In this document: piece after piece, positions 37,912 through 53,914 of the stretch
How the letters are laid out: each line of letters opens with the position of its first letter
Numbering within the stretch: position 1 is the stretch's first letter
Assembly (NCBI RefSeq): GCF_009914755.1
Contig: NC_060941.1
Strand: one strand, 5' to 3'
Source: the human T2T-CHM13v2.0 reference genome, Homo sapiens
Length of the DNA stretch: 64,000 nt
Made by a program: the position numbers and the translations under genes
Notes under the pieces: generated by a model
The model's input: only the letters and a program-made list of their open reading frames with translations
What the model was told of the DNA's origin: nothing
Databases searched by the model: none

Positions 37912-40900
37912 TGTGACAAAAATAAAATAATACATTGTAAAAAATGTACACATGTATCAAACATATTCATATTATAAAAATAAAAATATTTATTCAGTGT
38001 AAGAATTTGTAATGATCACAAAATGTTCACATCTTATATTTTAGTACAGTTTCAAATGCCCAGTGCAATTACTACTTATTCCTTTGTGTATTTTTAACAT
38101 GTATATAATAAATATTTTTCAGGTTCAACAATATATATCAATCCTACTGGCTCTTATAAATATTAGTTAAAATCAATTAGTAAATTCATGTATTATATAT
38201 ACACATGTGTATCAGTGAGTGTGTGTGCATGCATGTGTGTGTAAATGTAATTCTATTGTGTGTGTAAATGTAATTGGATGCATCCTAATATTTATCCTTA
38301 CCTACAAGATTTCCAAGATTCATTTATTATCTTTAGATGATGTGCATTTAAAGATTTACCAAATAAAACTCTAATTGTGGAAAATATCAAGATGTTATTA
38401 AATTCATCTTCTGCACATAATTGTTTCTTTAAATTTATGTTTCTTGCAAAACTTGCAGTAATGCTCATGCACAAAATAATTTTCTAAATAAAAATAACAT
38501 TTTCTGTCATTAATTCTTAATAATTATTTCTCCCCAAAAATTAATGTGAATTAATTCATAATTCTTAATTATAGAATAGTGTTGCCCTTCAGAGTTCTGA
38601 AACCTTTGCATGTTGTATACATTTCACTAACTAGAACAACTTCTGAAATATTGGCATTAATTAATGTCACTCTGCAATTATTGATTTCAAAGAAATTAAA
38701 TACCTTTCATATTATGAATCACAAGGGTACTTTGGCACCTAATTTAATCAAGCTCTTTGTATCATCATCTACACTTTAATTACTTAACAAACATTTCTCA
38801 GTGTGAGAAAGATTGAGCAGGTTATTGTGCTTTGTTAAGATGCAACTTTTGCTTAATCTAGAGATAGGCAATTCTCCCTATAAGGGACAAAGAGAAAAAT
38901 GAAAGAGCAATAGAGATGTGACAGGCATGGAAAAAGACAATACATTTATAAAACAAATAGGGCCACAGATGACGATAATGGGGATAAATCTTGAGATACT
39001 GACTCAGTTTATAACCGCACTGTATAATAGAGCAAATCATTTGTTAATTTTTTTACAAATGGAATTTAATTTAATTAAGATGAATACAATGTTTTAAACA
39101 AGGCAGGTCATCTTAAAATAGTGGAATAAATTGATAAAACCAATGTAAAAATCATAAACATTTTATAAAGAATTTTTGTCATGTAATTTAATATTTTTAT
39201 TTAAAATCACCCAAATCAAAATAATTTTATCTTAATTAACAAATAATCATCAGAAGTTTAACTAATTTTTACTTTATATTACTAGGTTTAAAAATTCTTA
39301 ACTATATTTTTAATCATATATGCTTATATATAAAATAGACATAGGATATATATTTACATGTTCACAATATTATATTGTAATTGTTCCTATGGATGTGGTT
39401 TCTCAGTAGAATTAATAAGTACTTTTAAAATTTTCAATTTCAATGATATATATGTTTGACTTTTCTTTGACAAAGCATACATATATTGATAGGTAATAAT
39501 ATGAAAATCTTCTAAAGACATTACAGGAACATGAAAATGTAATTAAATCCTCACTAATTTGTAATGTTTTATGTAAGCAGAACACATTTAACTGAAAATT
39601 GCTTTTATGTAATACTCAAACAAGACTAAAAACATTTTAACTAGCGGAGTAAGTCTTCAAATTGATAATCTGAACTATATAAGAGGAGAAACTTCAGGCA
39701 CTCAAATATTTGAAATGCTACAAAATATTTATATAAACTATTATTTAACAATTTCTGTTTGTAGAGTGCTATACAGTAATCAATATAAATGGCATCTCAA
39801 GTCTTTCTCTAGCTTTGACCACATTTACCTCCTAATTTTAATTATTAATATGTTGGAGCAGTGCATACAACTAGATTCCAATCTTCCTTTTTAATGAGTA
39901 AAAATATGTCCTTTGAGACACCATTAAAGAAAGAGCACCTTGTATAAATTCAATGCAAAGAGACAAGATATTCATGATTCTGAAGTCTTGTTCTTTGATA
40001 CAGCAATGTAATTAATAATAAGAAGAAAAGCAGGACATAGATGTGGAGTCTATTTTAATCAAAAATTATCTATAGATTTTGATGATAAAATTTAAAAATC
40101 TACTATATTTAGTTAGTTACAAAAAACTAGGTTGTGGGAACATATTTGGTCAATAAACACCCCTACCAAATGCTGACAAGAAAAAAAGTTAGGTACCACC
40201 TTTCTCCTCTGCAGATGGCCTGAGATGGGTTAATTTGAAAGAATGCTTCCAAACCTGAGGTGACCCCCGAGAACAGCATAATCCACTGCTGTCTCCTACA
40301 TTCAGTTTCTCAGTTTGTGCTCTTTTAATTTTGGGGGGAGGGAAGCCAGTCCTTTAAACCGATCTTCAGCATGATGGCAGAGCCAAGGAGTGTGGACAGG
40401 TGGCACGGTGTCTGACTTTGTTCCAGCAGCCACTTGGGCTTTCTCTGGGTCTTCTGTGCCCTAGGGATAGCACCAGTATTGAAAACATGTCTTTGTGACA
40501 TTCTCTATGCCAGGAACTACCAACACATTTTCCTTGAAACTGATGAAATGAATAAAAATTAACCAAGAGGTGTGCTGTTTGTTTCTGTTTCCTCCTTTCT
40601 GCAGCCCTTCTTCATCATCTAATATTTTTAAATACATTGTTGATCACCAAAAGGAGCATAAGGGCTTTATTGGTTTGTAGCAGATGTATAAATAGTCCAG
40701 CCCCTATTCCTTACCTGTAGCTGCTGGGAAGAAAACCATTCTTAACACTCTACAAGATCTCATCTCCAGAATTTGCACCAGTTTCTAGCTGAGGACTTTC
40801 TCTAGCAGCACGGGAGCTTGATACTGGGGATGAAGTGGGAAGAAAAGGTGAGGGTAACTAAGAAGAATCTCCCTGGATTCAGTGATGTAATTCTGAGGCA

Positions 40901-43900
40901 TGTTCCACATAGCTTCCCATAGAATTAAGCCCAGATATCTAACACAGGAACTTGCCTCTTAACACGTGTGGTACTGGCTTTTCTATCTTTCCTGTTTTAT
41001 TTTGTTCTCTCTTCCTTGTCTCACTTTTGCTGTGTCCTCACTCCTGCTTTAAGAATACCCAAACAAATACATTCATTTATTGTTTTAGACTCTCAGAACA
41101 CAGTTGATAGTTGAACTTGTAATCTATGATAATCAGCTTGGATGCTATACTGACAGGAAGATGGTGAACTCACAACGTCTAATTAAGATAAAATTTAAAA
41201 ATATATTGATTCATGTCCAAAGATTTAAAAAACCTAAGCGGCAGTGTCACAATTTCTTCTTTTTAGTTTACATGGTTTCTTAAACGCCTACAATTATTTT
41301 AAAGGAAGCCTTGTGTCTAGGAAAAATTGAGACATATGGAATAAATTACTAATCCATTTCTCCTTGAAATCCATTAGATGCTTGATGATTTTTCACATAT
41401 ATTTCTGAATTGAAAAGCTAGTTGGGAATTATTTTTATAAGCATATCCTTATGTAATATTTTGTTTTTAACAGTGAATTGAAGGTTTAAAGATTAAATTA
41501 TTCCATCCAGAGAATAAAAAGCAATTATTCCACAAGGAAAACATGTGTATGTTGACACGACATTTTAAAATCTAGATTTTAAAATAGGTCCCATATACTT
41601 TTAAGTCAATTAGAATATGTTTGTATCAGTGTGTCTACAGTTTTACACCTGTCAAAATGTACTTGAACTACAAGTACCTTGAACAATTTTGAAATTTATT
41701 ATTCCTCTGAAACTGATTAAAAGAATTATGGTCGAGTGAAATTCTGATTGGCATAATTTGGGAGAGAAATTATTCCTTGGACATCAACCTCTGCCAAGAT
41801 AGTTTATAATGACATTGAGGCTTTTTGATTTACAAAATTTGTTATATAAAAAATACTAAGACAATGACAGATAATACACAGACTTTAATTAAAATTGTAC
41901 TAAAATTGAATGTCTAAATAAATTAGAAGGGTACATGGTACATCTAATTGCATGTTTATATATTTTATTTGTGCATTTTATTCCTAGGGTTGCTTTTGGT
42001 TTAGTTTGTAAAACGTTCTTATTTTTATGATAAAGTAGTATATACTAAATACAGAAAAATCAGGAAATAGAAAATGAAGAAGAAAACATTAACTATTGTC
42101 AACCAAATAAAAATTGTGCAGTCTCTAAGCACATGAACTATGTATTATTTGTACAGCATGTACAATGTTTATGCTTCACAGGGTGAGGTAGAGACTGCAA
42201 AACATTGAATCTGGGACAAATAAGAAAGTAAGGAAATTTTCACAATATATTAATATTATAGAAAATGTTGAACTTAGCAGTTAAGATACAAGTAATGAAA
42301 AATGATAGTATTTAAGGAGAAATAGAAAATTTAATCTACATCTGTAATGTGTGAGAAGTATTAGAATAATGCTTGTATTTCTGGATTGGCATCGATTTCT
42401 ATTGAGACTGGAAACAAAGTAGAAGTGAGGGAAAAAGAATTTAAATTGTGGATACTTGAGTTTTATACCTAGGAGTTTGAGAAATACATTTTGTTACTAT
42501 CAAAGCAGTTGGCACAAGAGTGTACAAAATTCCCTAATTGTGTCTATGTGGAGAAGACATAGACAAACAGAGAATAGCAAAACAGAAATAGCAAAAAAGC
42601 ACAAATAAATTTTACCTGTATTTTTACGTAAAAGGCAATTAGAGTAGGAAAACATAAAATTTGTGTTTTATCAAAATTTTTCTCTTTCTCATAATATAGT
42701 TGATTATATTACTGGAAAAATTGAAGCATTGGTATGCTCACAAAAAAAAAAGTAAAATATAAGGTCAAAACCATGGGAATGCAGGGAGCAGATGAAATAT
42801 ACCTCAACACCGAAACTGATTTTGCCCTACGGACATGTACCAAAATGAATGAGTGCAGATTCCTACTGTCATACATCACATAGGACGTAAAGAAATACAT
42901 AGTTTTTCCCAAGATAAGGCATCACACAGGAGCTCCTCCCTAAAGCTAGGACCAAAATTTCTATCTTCAGTATAAAGAAGAATCAGAGGTAAATTAATCT
43001 CATTTCACATTCCCTGGAAACGGCAAATAAAAATGACTTGAGATTGGACAGATTTAAAGAAACTCAATCATTAATGATTTACAGCAATTAATTTAAAAAT
43101 TGTTTAAATGTGCAGTCCAAACATACGTCCAAACATCTCTAGGCCAAGAATTAACATAATGTGGTCCCAGAATGGTGGTGCCTTTAGTAGACTCACAAAA
43201 AAATTCAAATTCTCTTTGGCAAATTTTCTTCTTACTAATCCTCAAAAGTGCACAAAAATAATTTTCAGAGAAAAATAAATATTTGTCATTCAAAGGCATC
43301 TAAGTATGCAGGAAATGATATTCCACCATTTGAAAGGAAAGCAGAAAAACAGTACAAACAGATCCACAAAGGTTCATTAGTAGAAATATCACTGTTAGAT
43401 TATAAAGCACATTTGCTTTAAAAAAAATTTAAAAAAATGAATATATTTTTAGGAGACTAAAAAATTGATGTAGCAAATTTGAAAAGTAGTTTGTATAAAA
43501 ATATAGTATTTTAAATTAAAAACTCAAAAATGAACTCATCAGATTAGACGTGGCCATGGTGGGAGTTAATAAATATTTCAGAATGCATTACAGAAAATTT
43601 AAAAAAATGCAAAATGTAGACAGAATCATGAAGAGACATGGGAGATACAGTGAGAAAGTGTAGCATGTGTTTAGTGAGTGTTCTCATAGAAGGGAACTGG
43701 GAAGCGACAATATGTGATGGTATTTTGGCTGAAAGTTCTCTAGACTTTTGTAAGACACTAAACCGCATATTCAAAAATTCCATGCATGCTAAGCAAGCTA
43801 CAGTGGAGATAAACCTACACCTATGTATCTCCTAGAGAAATAGTAAAGAATCAGGAAGGGAAAAATATTTCAATTAGCACTAGAAAAATCAAATTACCTT

Positions 43901-44320
43901 TAATCATATTGAAATCGGAAAGAATGAAAGGTAAAATAAACAATATTATTTGTTAAGAATAATAATGCCATTCTGAAATTCTCAACCAAGAAAAGTATTC
44001 ATCAACCTATGGCTAAATAACATATTTAGAGACAAAAAACAAAACGCCACCAGCAGAATTCCACTAAAGAAACTAAAGAGAAACTCTGAAAACATGCTTC
44101 AGAAAGGCTGAAGCTTCGAAATCAAAGAATGAACACAGAGCAAAATATATTGTAAACATACAGATAGATCTAAATAAAAAATTAGGTGTTGAAACAAAAA
44201 GATATTTAAAATTAGATAAACACTGCAATATGTATGTTAGGAAGCAAATTATTAGGGCTGAAGTATTCAAAGACCCCTTAATTGTCTGACAAGAGCAGAA
44301 AGTTGAGTATGACTTTGCAA

Positions 44321-44623
44321 TTTTTTTTTTTTTTTTTGAGAAGGAGTCTCACTCACTCTTTCACCCAGGCTGGAGTGAAGTAGCGCGATCTCGGCTCACT
44401 GCAAGCTTCGCCTCCGGGGTTCACGCCATTCTCCTGCCTCAGCCTCCCGAGTAGCTGGGACTACAGGCTCTCCGCCACTGCGCCCGGCTAATTTTTTGGG
44501 TTTTTAGGAGAGATGGGGTTTCATCGTGTTAACCAGGATGGTCTCCATCTCCTGACCTCGTGATCCGCCCGCCTTGGCCTACCAAAGTGCTGGGACTACA
44601 GGCGTGAGCCACCGCGCCCGGCC
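44321..44623 (-). mobile_element. Chimeric AluY without matching TSD
   Basis: The 5' ~200 nt match the 44783 copy, the 3' ~90 nt and tail differ, and the 3' flank (ttgcaaagtc) does not repeat the 5' flank. Confidence 0.85.
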
Positions 44624-44782
44624 CTCTTTTATGTTCTGTAGTAAATAAAGATGACCGATTCCTGAACATTGAGGAGAGGCTAGGGGCACATTTTTTTTCA
44701 CTCTTCCTAAATATTTACATATTTAGCCTCTTCTCAATGTTCAGGAATCGGTCATCTTTATTTACTACAGAACATAAAAGAG

Positions 44783-45143
<361 letters not shown>

Positions 45144-48100
45144 TTATGAAAGAAGAAAGTCCCTGCAGTTAGTTTAGAGGCCTAGAGGCAGAATAGATGG
45201 CATGGCCATTGAGGGGAGGCAGACCTGGCTTCTTCCCCCAGTATATGTGTCTCCGTGTATACACAGCTTTTACTCATAGGACAATTAAGCTCTCTGAGCC
45301 TCAGATGCCCCATTAGTGAACATGGGGAAGAAAAACAACCTCACACGATTAAACACAGCACACATGCAAGGCAATTGGCACTCAAGATGCTCAAAGCATA
45401 TATTAGGTCTCCTACTAGAGGAACATTGTTTTTTTCAATTAAGTAGAGATATATGATTATTTTTGGATCTAGGAAAATGGCATAATTAAATAGTCCCAGG
45501 TTTTATGTTTGATATCAAAGAGAACTTGTTGGATATCCTGATGAGAAATATGTAAAATAATAGTATTTCTGTCTTTTCCTATGACTCTTACTGAAATCAG
45601 TAAAGGTGGACACAGAGTTTGACAGAGAGAGCCATGAGGAATGACCTCTCCACATATCATATGGAAGCACTGAGAATGTGTGCAAGGGTTGGGAAGACAG
45701 AGCAGTGCTGTGCGTAATCCCCAAGAGGGAAGAAGAGAGCACGCACTCTCAGAAGAATGGATATTGGCACTCAGCACCAGGAAATATTTCTAACCCCTCT
45801 CCCAGAAGAAAATTGCAATAAATAAACCCAACATTTACAGGGAGGCTAGCAGAAAATTTCAAATGCAAAGGTGAACACATAACCAAAAATTACCAATCAT
45901 TTGAAAGAGACTAATACCTGAAAGAGAGGCACAAAGCACAATAATCAGAAGAAACTGGCATGCCAAGAAAACAAAGTTAAAAGGACAGTTGATACAAGAA
46001 TTTAGAATAAGTGTGTTTAATTACCAGAGTGATGCGAGAGGATATTGCAGCCATACTTAGAGTTAACTAGATATTTGTTAAATTTAAAATGTGATATGTG
46101 AAATAAAGAAAAACATGAGGGACACACTAAAGATCAAAACGAAAACAAACTGGAGAGATAAAATGTTAACTCAAGAATTCCTGCAGAATATAGAATAACA
46201 GGAAAGTGTGATCAAAATTATGAAAGAAAAGTTAACAGATATTAGATCTCAGGTCTAATGGGCCATTAAAAGTTGCCAAGCATGATGAAGATAAAAAGAT
46301 CTGCATAAAATTTCATAATACCAAGGATGGAGAGAAAAATGCTACAAAGATCCACAATTATACTAACTTTGACATCAGACATTTCATCAATGACATTGGA
46401 TGCATGAAGAGAATGAAACAGTATCCTCAAGGCTAAGAAGAAAAATAGTTTTCACCTAATTCTATAGCAAGTAAATGTATCATCTATTTAGGAAGAAAAA
46501 ATATGTACTCAGTCTAATATTGGTCCCCTCTGAAAGAGCTGCCAAAGACTTTACAAGATAAGAAACAAATCAAGAAGTGAGGAGTAGGTTTTAGAAACAA
46601 TATTAGTTAAAGAAACCAAGATAACAAACAATATTGCCTAATTGTGAGTGAGGCAATATGTCGACATGAACTGCTGACGCATGCCAAAACTTGGATGGAC
46701 ATCATGGACATTACGCTGAGTGGGAGAAAAAAGCCAATCTCAAAATTTACTCCCATGCATAAATAGTAGTAGTTGGGGTGGTGACGGTAATAGTTGCTAA
46801 TTACTTAGTGCTTAAACTAAGTGCCAGAAACTGTTTTTAAATGTTGTATATGTACAACTGATGACAGAGACAACTAACGGGCTCTGTACATTGATTCAAT
46901 CCTGTCTGAGGATGACCATATAGAAGCATAAGGAGAGGAGACAAGTGACTAAGACAGTGGCCAAGTTTCTCATTTGGGATACCATTCACAGACAGGGAGA
47001 AGAAGAAGCAGAAGACATTTGGAAGAAGAAAAAACATTCCAATTGAACAAGCTGACTTTGAGATTCCTATGAGCAGGGGTATACAGACAAACCTGCTCTC
47101 CCAGAAAACAAAAACAAAAAATCCTGTTTACAGCCTTTGATGATTTCCATGATGCAAATGTACCCGTGATGGCCTATTTCAAGCTACCAAGATGATGTCA
47201 CCAAATAAGCAGTTGGAAAGAAATGTGCATGAATAGGCTTTCATAAGCTAGCACAGGCTGGGTTCAGCTCACCTCTACCAGTGAGGATTTCCAAGTGGAA
47301 ACATTTTAAAGACACTGAGATATGCAGAGCCCAAGCTAAGGAGTAGAATCTAGGTGAGACATTGATTTCAGAATAAATGAGATTATCTGGCCATAGGGTT
47401 CTAAGAAGAATTCTGATTTGCAGTTACTTACGGCTTAGACAAATGTGATCTTGATTAAGGGTTGCAAGTAGAAAATAGATGCAAAAATAAGTATGATATA
47501 GAGGATGCGGTTAATAAATTCCAAAACTCTGCCATCAATAAAATTCTTTCTGGCAAAGAAGCTCTCTGGCCACTCTCAAACGAGCCAATTCTAACCAAAG
47601 TTGGTAGTGCATCAGTGGAAATGTCAGACCAGGGATAGGAGCCACAGAACTGCTTGGTTGTCAGGACCAGAATCTTGTGACATATCAGCAATCCAAGGTA
47701 GGTGGATTCAGCCTGAGGTGATTCTCCTCTCGAATGAGGGAGTTTTCGAGGGACTCTCCTCTAGAATATCCATCAATCTAATGAAGGCACAGACACATAA
47801 GGAGATACAACAGTGTAGCACATATTATTACAAAGGTATGCATACGAGACTATAAGAGCACAAAGGAATAAATTATCAATGAAAATGATTGAGGAAAGAA
47901 CAGTTGGCATTAAAGCTCAAACCCAAACAATGAATAGGAATTTTCCAAGTTTACCAGGAAGCATGGTGGAGATTGAGCAGTGTTGGTGCAGTGAGGGAGG
48001 AGGTAATAAGAATTTCAGGCAGAACAGCTTGGGCAAAGACTCAGGAGCTTAGAAGAACAAGGTTTCTTCAGAGATCAACAAGAATTTGGTATTTCTACTA

Positions 48101-50339
48101 CTGTATTCTTATCCAACATACATGTTTATTCATTCGTTTTGCTGCTTCTCTTTATCTTCAGTGCATTCCATGGTACCTGACGCCTATTGGGTAAGTACCC
48201 AGTACTTTACAGGATAAGTTTAAAGATCTATGACAAGGAGGTTGAGAATCTAAGATTTATAGAAGTGCAATGGCAACCATACTTTTTTTTTCAAATGCTG
48301 CTGAAACGTATCCATACACACTACTTTCTGGGCAAGGAAAAATGAATCAGATGAGACATTATAACTCATACTTTATGAAATTCACTTTGAAGTCAGAAAA
48401 CCTGGGTCAGTCTCGGGGGCAGGAGGGGTCAGAGTAGCCCCTTGACTGATTTTTTTTTTTTTTTTTGCCCTATTGAATGTGCTTTTTGAGAAAATATGAT
48501 ATTTCAGTGGATAGAAGTTGAAGTCATTCTAAAAATCAGGATTCTGTTTTGAAATTATTTATTCAACAAATATTGTGCTTGTCAGGCACCATGCTAGGCC
48601 CTGGGCCTATAATGCTGTGACAGACATTATTCCAATTCTTCAGTAATTGACAGTCTTTGGGAAATTAAAAAGTAAACAATCTATTGCAATATAGTGTGTG
48701 ACACACATTAGAGCTGGCCCTTCTCTTCTCTCCTGCATTCATTCGGTCTCAACACTCAACACCTCTACAGGTTCTCCCACACCACGCTTCAGTAACTGGG
48801 GAGTCGTAGATCAATCAGAATGTGGTGATTCAATATGAGCTGCAACTGTGTACTACATCTTGTTTAAAGTAATTTCATCTTGGACTTCCCAAAGGTTAAC
48901 CAGCTCTAAAGTGATCCTTTGTTCTCTCCCTTCCATTTTGCATGTGAAGTATCTAATTTTGCTCTGCACATACCAGATTCAAAACATAGAACCTTTTTGG
49001 ATTCCACAAAATGAATCCACTCACACAAAAGCTTTCACACAATTGAGACTTCACTGAGGATTTGGTAAGGGACCAAGAGGCAAGGCTTTACATTTTGTTT
49101 CCCAAAATAAGCTATTTAAAGCATATAATTTTATTTCTGATCTCCATGATGGTACTAACAGGGGCATGGTGTGGACGAGCTTCTCTCTCTCTCTATCCCC
49201 GTCTCTCTCCCTCACCGTCCCTTTCTATCTCCTTTTTCCCGTTCCTCACGCAGTGCCCAGCCTTATTGGATCATCTCTTGTTTATTACGCAGAGTAATTC
49301 ATTCCTGAAGGAGTTTCTGTTTCTAAATTTCAGAGTTGGCATTCAGCAAAACAAAAGCTACCCATCCCACCTCCCTGTCCAGTTAACAAACAGGACTGGC
49401 TTTCTTTAAAGGTATTTTACAGATTATGTTTTGTAATACGAGCATATTTCTGTGGTTCCATCCACTATCCCTAGTCTTCCCCCAAAAGACACGCTGATGA
49501 ATTAATTTTTCTGCTTGTCATTGTAATTGTTATGTGTTGTAACTAAGAAAATACAGAGGGCATTAAGAGAACCTATGAGGTAACTTTGACTTCACTTCAG
49601 GGTCCTGGAAGGAGGAAGCAACAATCCTAAGTGAAACTTGGACAAGAAGCACCCAATAGGTAGACAAAGGGATTGAGGGTATGAGTTGTTAGTGAACAGA
49701 GGGAAAGAAGAGAGTGACTCACAAAAGAAGAACACAATTTTGGAGGCTAATTACAAGTTAGAAATAAAATAATGAGTGAGTACAGAGAGATTCACTCCTC
49801 ATGACTCCTCTCTTGTGTCATCTCTCCTAGGACATTTGTCATGTCCTCAAACACGATGCTTCAAAAAATGCTGCTGATCTTGATCTCTTTTTCAGTAGTA
49901 ACTTGGGTGATTTTTATAATTTCTCAGAACTTCACAAAGGTAGGAGAAAATCACCTTTGATGCAAATCACACAGGTAAGCCCTCACCTGTGCGACCAGCC
50001 TCAAGTCAGTTCCACTCTATTAGTCCTGCCCCTCCTCCCCCACTTCAACTCTACCCTACCTTCTCCCTCTCTACCTAACTTCTTAGAGGTATTGTGGACA
50101 CCAACAACCTCTATTTCCTCATTTCCCACTCATCCTCAGTCCATTCCAATTAGGATTTGTCCTCGCACATGCTCCCAAAATGGCCCTTGTTAAAGCTACC
50201 AATTTCCTCATCAGTAAATAACTTATTTAATCACTCAGTCGAGGTGTATATATTACCTGGCCATGTAAATCCAGCTTGTCATTTTGTCTTTTTATTGTAT
50301 CTATGATTTCCTTTTCCATGCAAGTTATTTTTTTAGCAG

Positions 50340-52170
50340 TACTGTTTCCCTTATAACATGTTTCTGGGTGTTAAATCATAGTTAGAAAGTTTTTTCTGCT
50401 CAAAGATTATACAGGTATTCATCCATGTTGTCTTATTTTATTACTTGTATAGTTACATTGTCTATAAATATCTGATCCACTTGGAATTTATCCTGTTGAG
50501 TGGTATAAGATATCAATCTCATTTAATTTTTTCCATATGGCTCTACGATAATCCTAATCCCCTTATTAATAATTCCATCCTATATCCTCACTGATTTTGA
50601 GTGCGGCTTCCATAGCATACTAAATTTGTATATATAATGAGGTCTATTTCTGATTTTCAACTCTGTTACATTGTCTTTTTATTCATGCATCAATACCATC
50701 CTACTTTAATTATAAAGATTTTTACAAGTAAGTTTTAATATCTGGTAGAGCTAATCCTACCCACACCCAACACTTTTGGCTTTTCTATTCCCCATACGTT
50801 TTGTAACTATTCTCTCTCATTTATCCTTTCAAGTGAACTTTCTAACTGGCCTGTCTGTCCAGAAGATATTTAGGACATTGTTATTGGGATTTTGTTAAAT
50901 GTATAAGTTAACCTTGGAAGACTAAACAACATTCTAGTGATGTTAAGTTTTTCTATCCAAGGACATGATTTCCTTTACATTTGTTCAATTTTGTTTTCTT
51001 CTGTAGTGTTTTGTGAGTTTTCCTCATATAAATCTTGGACACTTGTGCAAAATGTACACTTAAATATTTTATTATCATTTTGCTGCCATATATTGGATTG
51101 TCCCTTCCATTTTAGCTTCTCTCTGTTTTTTGTCTCTGTACACAAAAGCTATTGATTTTTTAATATATTAATTTTATTTCCTACTATTTTACTAAATTCT
51201 TTCATTATTTGTAGTCATTTCTCCATTGATACTTTGGGGTTTTTCAGATAAATAACAATTGCATCTGAAAATAAAGATTATTTTTATTTACTTTTCAATT
51301 CCAGTGTCTCGAATTGCTTTCTCTTCTCTAACTGCATTAGCTAACACCTCCATCCCGATGTTCAATGTAATGAGATAGTAGGCATCCTTGTCTTGTTCCT
51401 GATTTTGGTGACAAAGCCTTAATGTTTCCCTTCAGTAAAATGCAAGCTTTTGAGTTAAAGTGTATATTTTATGTGTAGAGGAAATCCATAAATTTCTTTT
51501 TGTTGTGTTTTTCAACATGAATTAGTACTAATTTTGTCAAAGTCCTTCTGTGCATTTATGAAGATAATTATGTAATTCTCATTAGCTGTATTAATGTGAT
51601 GAATTACATTAAAAATGGAACAAAATGTGTATTCTTGGAATAAAACTCTCTGAATTATGATGGACTTTTTTTTATAATGTTCATTTGGATTGCTTGCCAA
51701 TATTTTATTTAAGGTATATATCTCAATATTCATAAATCTAAAGTTCTTGATGCAATATCAGGTTTTGGAAAATACATTATACTTATTTCATAAGAATCGA
51801 TTTGGAAGCTTTTTGTTTTTATTTGTTTCTAGTGCTCTGAACTTATTTAAGTAATATTGGGATTGACTGATCTTTAAAGTTTGGTAGAATCCACCAGCCT
51901 GGCTTGGTGCATTCAGTAGCAGTGCTCTACTACTTTTTTCCTATTCTCTATTTTTTAATGTCGCTCAGGTCAATTTTGATAGGTTGTATTTTCTGAGTTA
52001 TCCATTTTATCTAGATTCTCACATGTATTTGCTTAAAATTGGGAAAATCAGCTTGTGACTTTTAAATTTTTCCCCCTTTTCAGATCTTCCCCCCCCAAAG
52101 ATGTCTTATTTTACATATTTGTGTTTTCTTCCTTTTGAATTGATTAGATTCACTAGTGGCTTGTCTACTT
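50340..52170 (-). mobile_element. Old L1M ORF2 fragment, antisense
   Basis: ggcatccttgtcttgttcctgat, ttaaagtttggtagaat, tatccattttatctagatt motifs. Confidence 0.75.
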
Positions 52171-53815
52171 TTTTGATTTTTTTTTTTTAAATAAAAACCT
52201 GGCCAGTAAAGAAAGTGTTATCCATTTTAGAAGTGGAGCCACCCGGGAGATGCTGGGCAAGTACGTTGCAGACAGAACATGCCTCAGAGATCTTTAGACC
52301 AAGTGACCAAGTAGAACACTGAAGCCCTGTGCATTGGAAAGAAAACTATGACTCATTCACATACATTGCAACTTGAATGTCCATGTTTCAGAATTGTTCG
52401 GGCAAAGCCCCTGGACAACATTATACTCTGTGGAACACTGGAAGACCTTTCTATCTGTAAGGCGGGCTACTCTGCTATAACAAAAGGCTATGCTGGTAAC
52501 TAAGGACATACAGGAGTTAATAAAAAGACAGCACTCCCGGCCAGGCACTGTGGCTCATGCTCCCAGCACTTTGGGAGGCCGAGGTGCAGTGAGCCGAGAT
52601 CACATCACTGCACTCCAGCCTGGGCAAAGAGCAAGATTGTTTCAAAAAAATAAAACAAAACAAAAAAAGATAAAATGAAATAACAAATATGGAAATATTT
52701 TAAACTCTAAACTGTCACAGAGATTGTTTCAACTACCTTCTTCATCAATTTATTGAGTACTACATTTTAAATCAGAGCTTCTTGGGCTGGGCACAATGGC
52801 TCACACCTGTAATCCCAGCACTCTGGGAGGCCAAGGTGGGCAGATAACTTGAGGTCATGAGTTTCAGACCAGCCTGGCCAACATGGTGAAACGCCGTCTC
52901 TACTAAAAAAAAATACAAAAATTAGCCGGGCGTGGTGTGCGCCTGTAATCTTGGAGCTACTTGGAGGCTGAGGGAGGAGAATCGCTTGAACCTGGGAGGC
53001 AGAGGTTACAGTGAGCTGGAGATCTCGCCACTGTACTCCAGCCTGGGTGACAGAGTGTGACTTCCTCTCAATAAATAAATAAATAAGAGTTTATCAAAGT
53101 TCAGTGTGCACACAAATGACCTGAGATCTCATTAAAAATCCAGGCTGCAGGCCGGGCACAGTGGTTCAGGCCTGTAATCCCAGCACTTTGAGAGGTCGAG
53201 GTGGGTGGAATCTTGAGCTGAGGAGTTCTAGACCAGCCTGGGCAACATAGCAAGACTCTGTCTGTACTAAAAATACAAAAAAAAAAAAAAAAAAAAGCCA
53301 AATACAAAAAAAAAAAAAAGTGGCAGATGCCTGTGGTCCCAGTTATTTGGGACTCAGGAGGCTGAGGTGGGAGGATCCCTTGAGGCTGTGGGGGTGGAGG
53401 TTGCAGAGTGAGCCAAGATTGGGCCGGGCCACTGCACTCCAGCCTGGGTGACAGGCGAGAACCTGTCTCAAAAATAAAAGAAAAAAAAAAATCAATGTTT
53501 AAAAGAAAAGGAGTTACGGCAGAATTAGAGGCCTAAGTCATGTGACTACACTTGTGTCGCTGTGTTCAGGGGACTTTGGAGAAGCAGTATTCATGCCTGA
53601 AATTCAAGGACATGCAGAAAATGAGAGTTGCTTGGCCAGGCGTGGTGGCTCATGCCTGTAATTTCAACACTTTGGGAGACTGAGGCAGGTGGATCACCCG
53701 AGGTCAGGGGTTCGGGACCAGCCCGGCCAATCTGGTGAAATCCCATGTCTACATCTCTAAAAAATACAAACACTAGCCAGGTGTGGTGGTGGGTGCCTGT
53801 AATCCCAGCTACTCA

Positions 53816-53914
<99 letters not shown>

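Noticed and set aside
47400-47770. Unique sequence with 60-80 codon open frames on both strands; considered as a pseudo-exon or endogenous viral fragment
   Set aside because: No translation resembles a protein I recognise and there is no convincing splice-site pair; would need TBLASTN.
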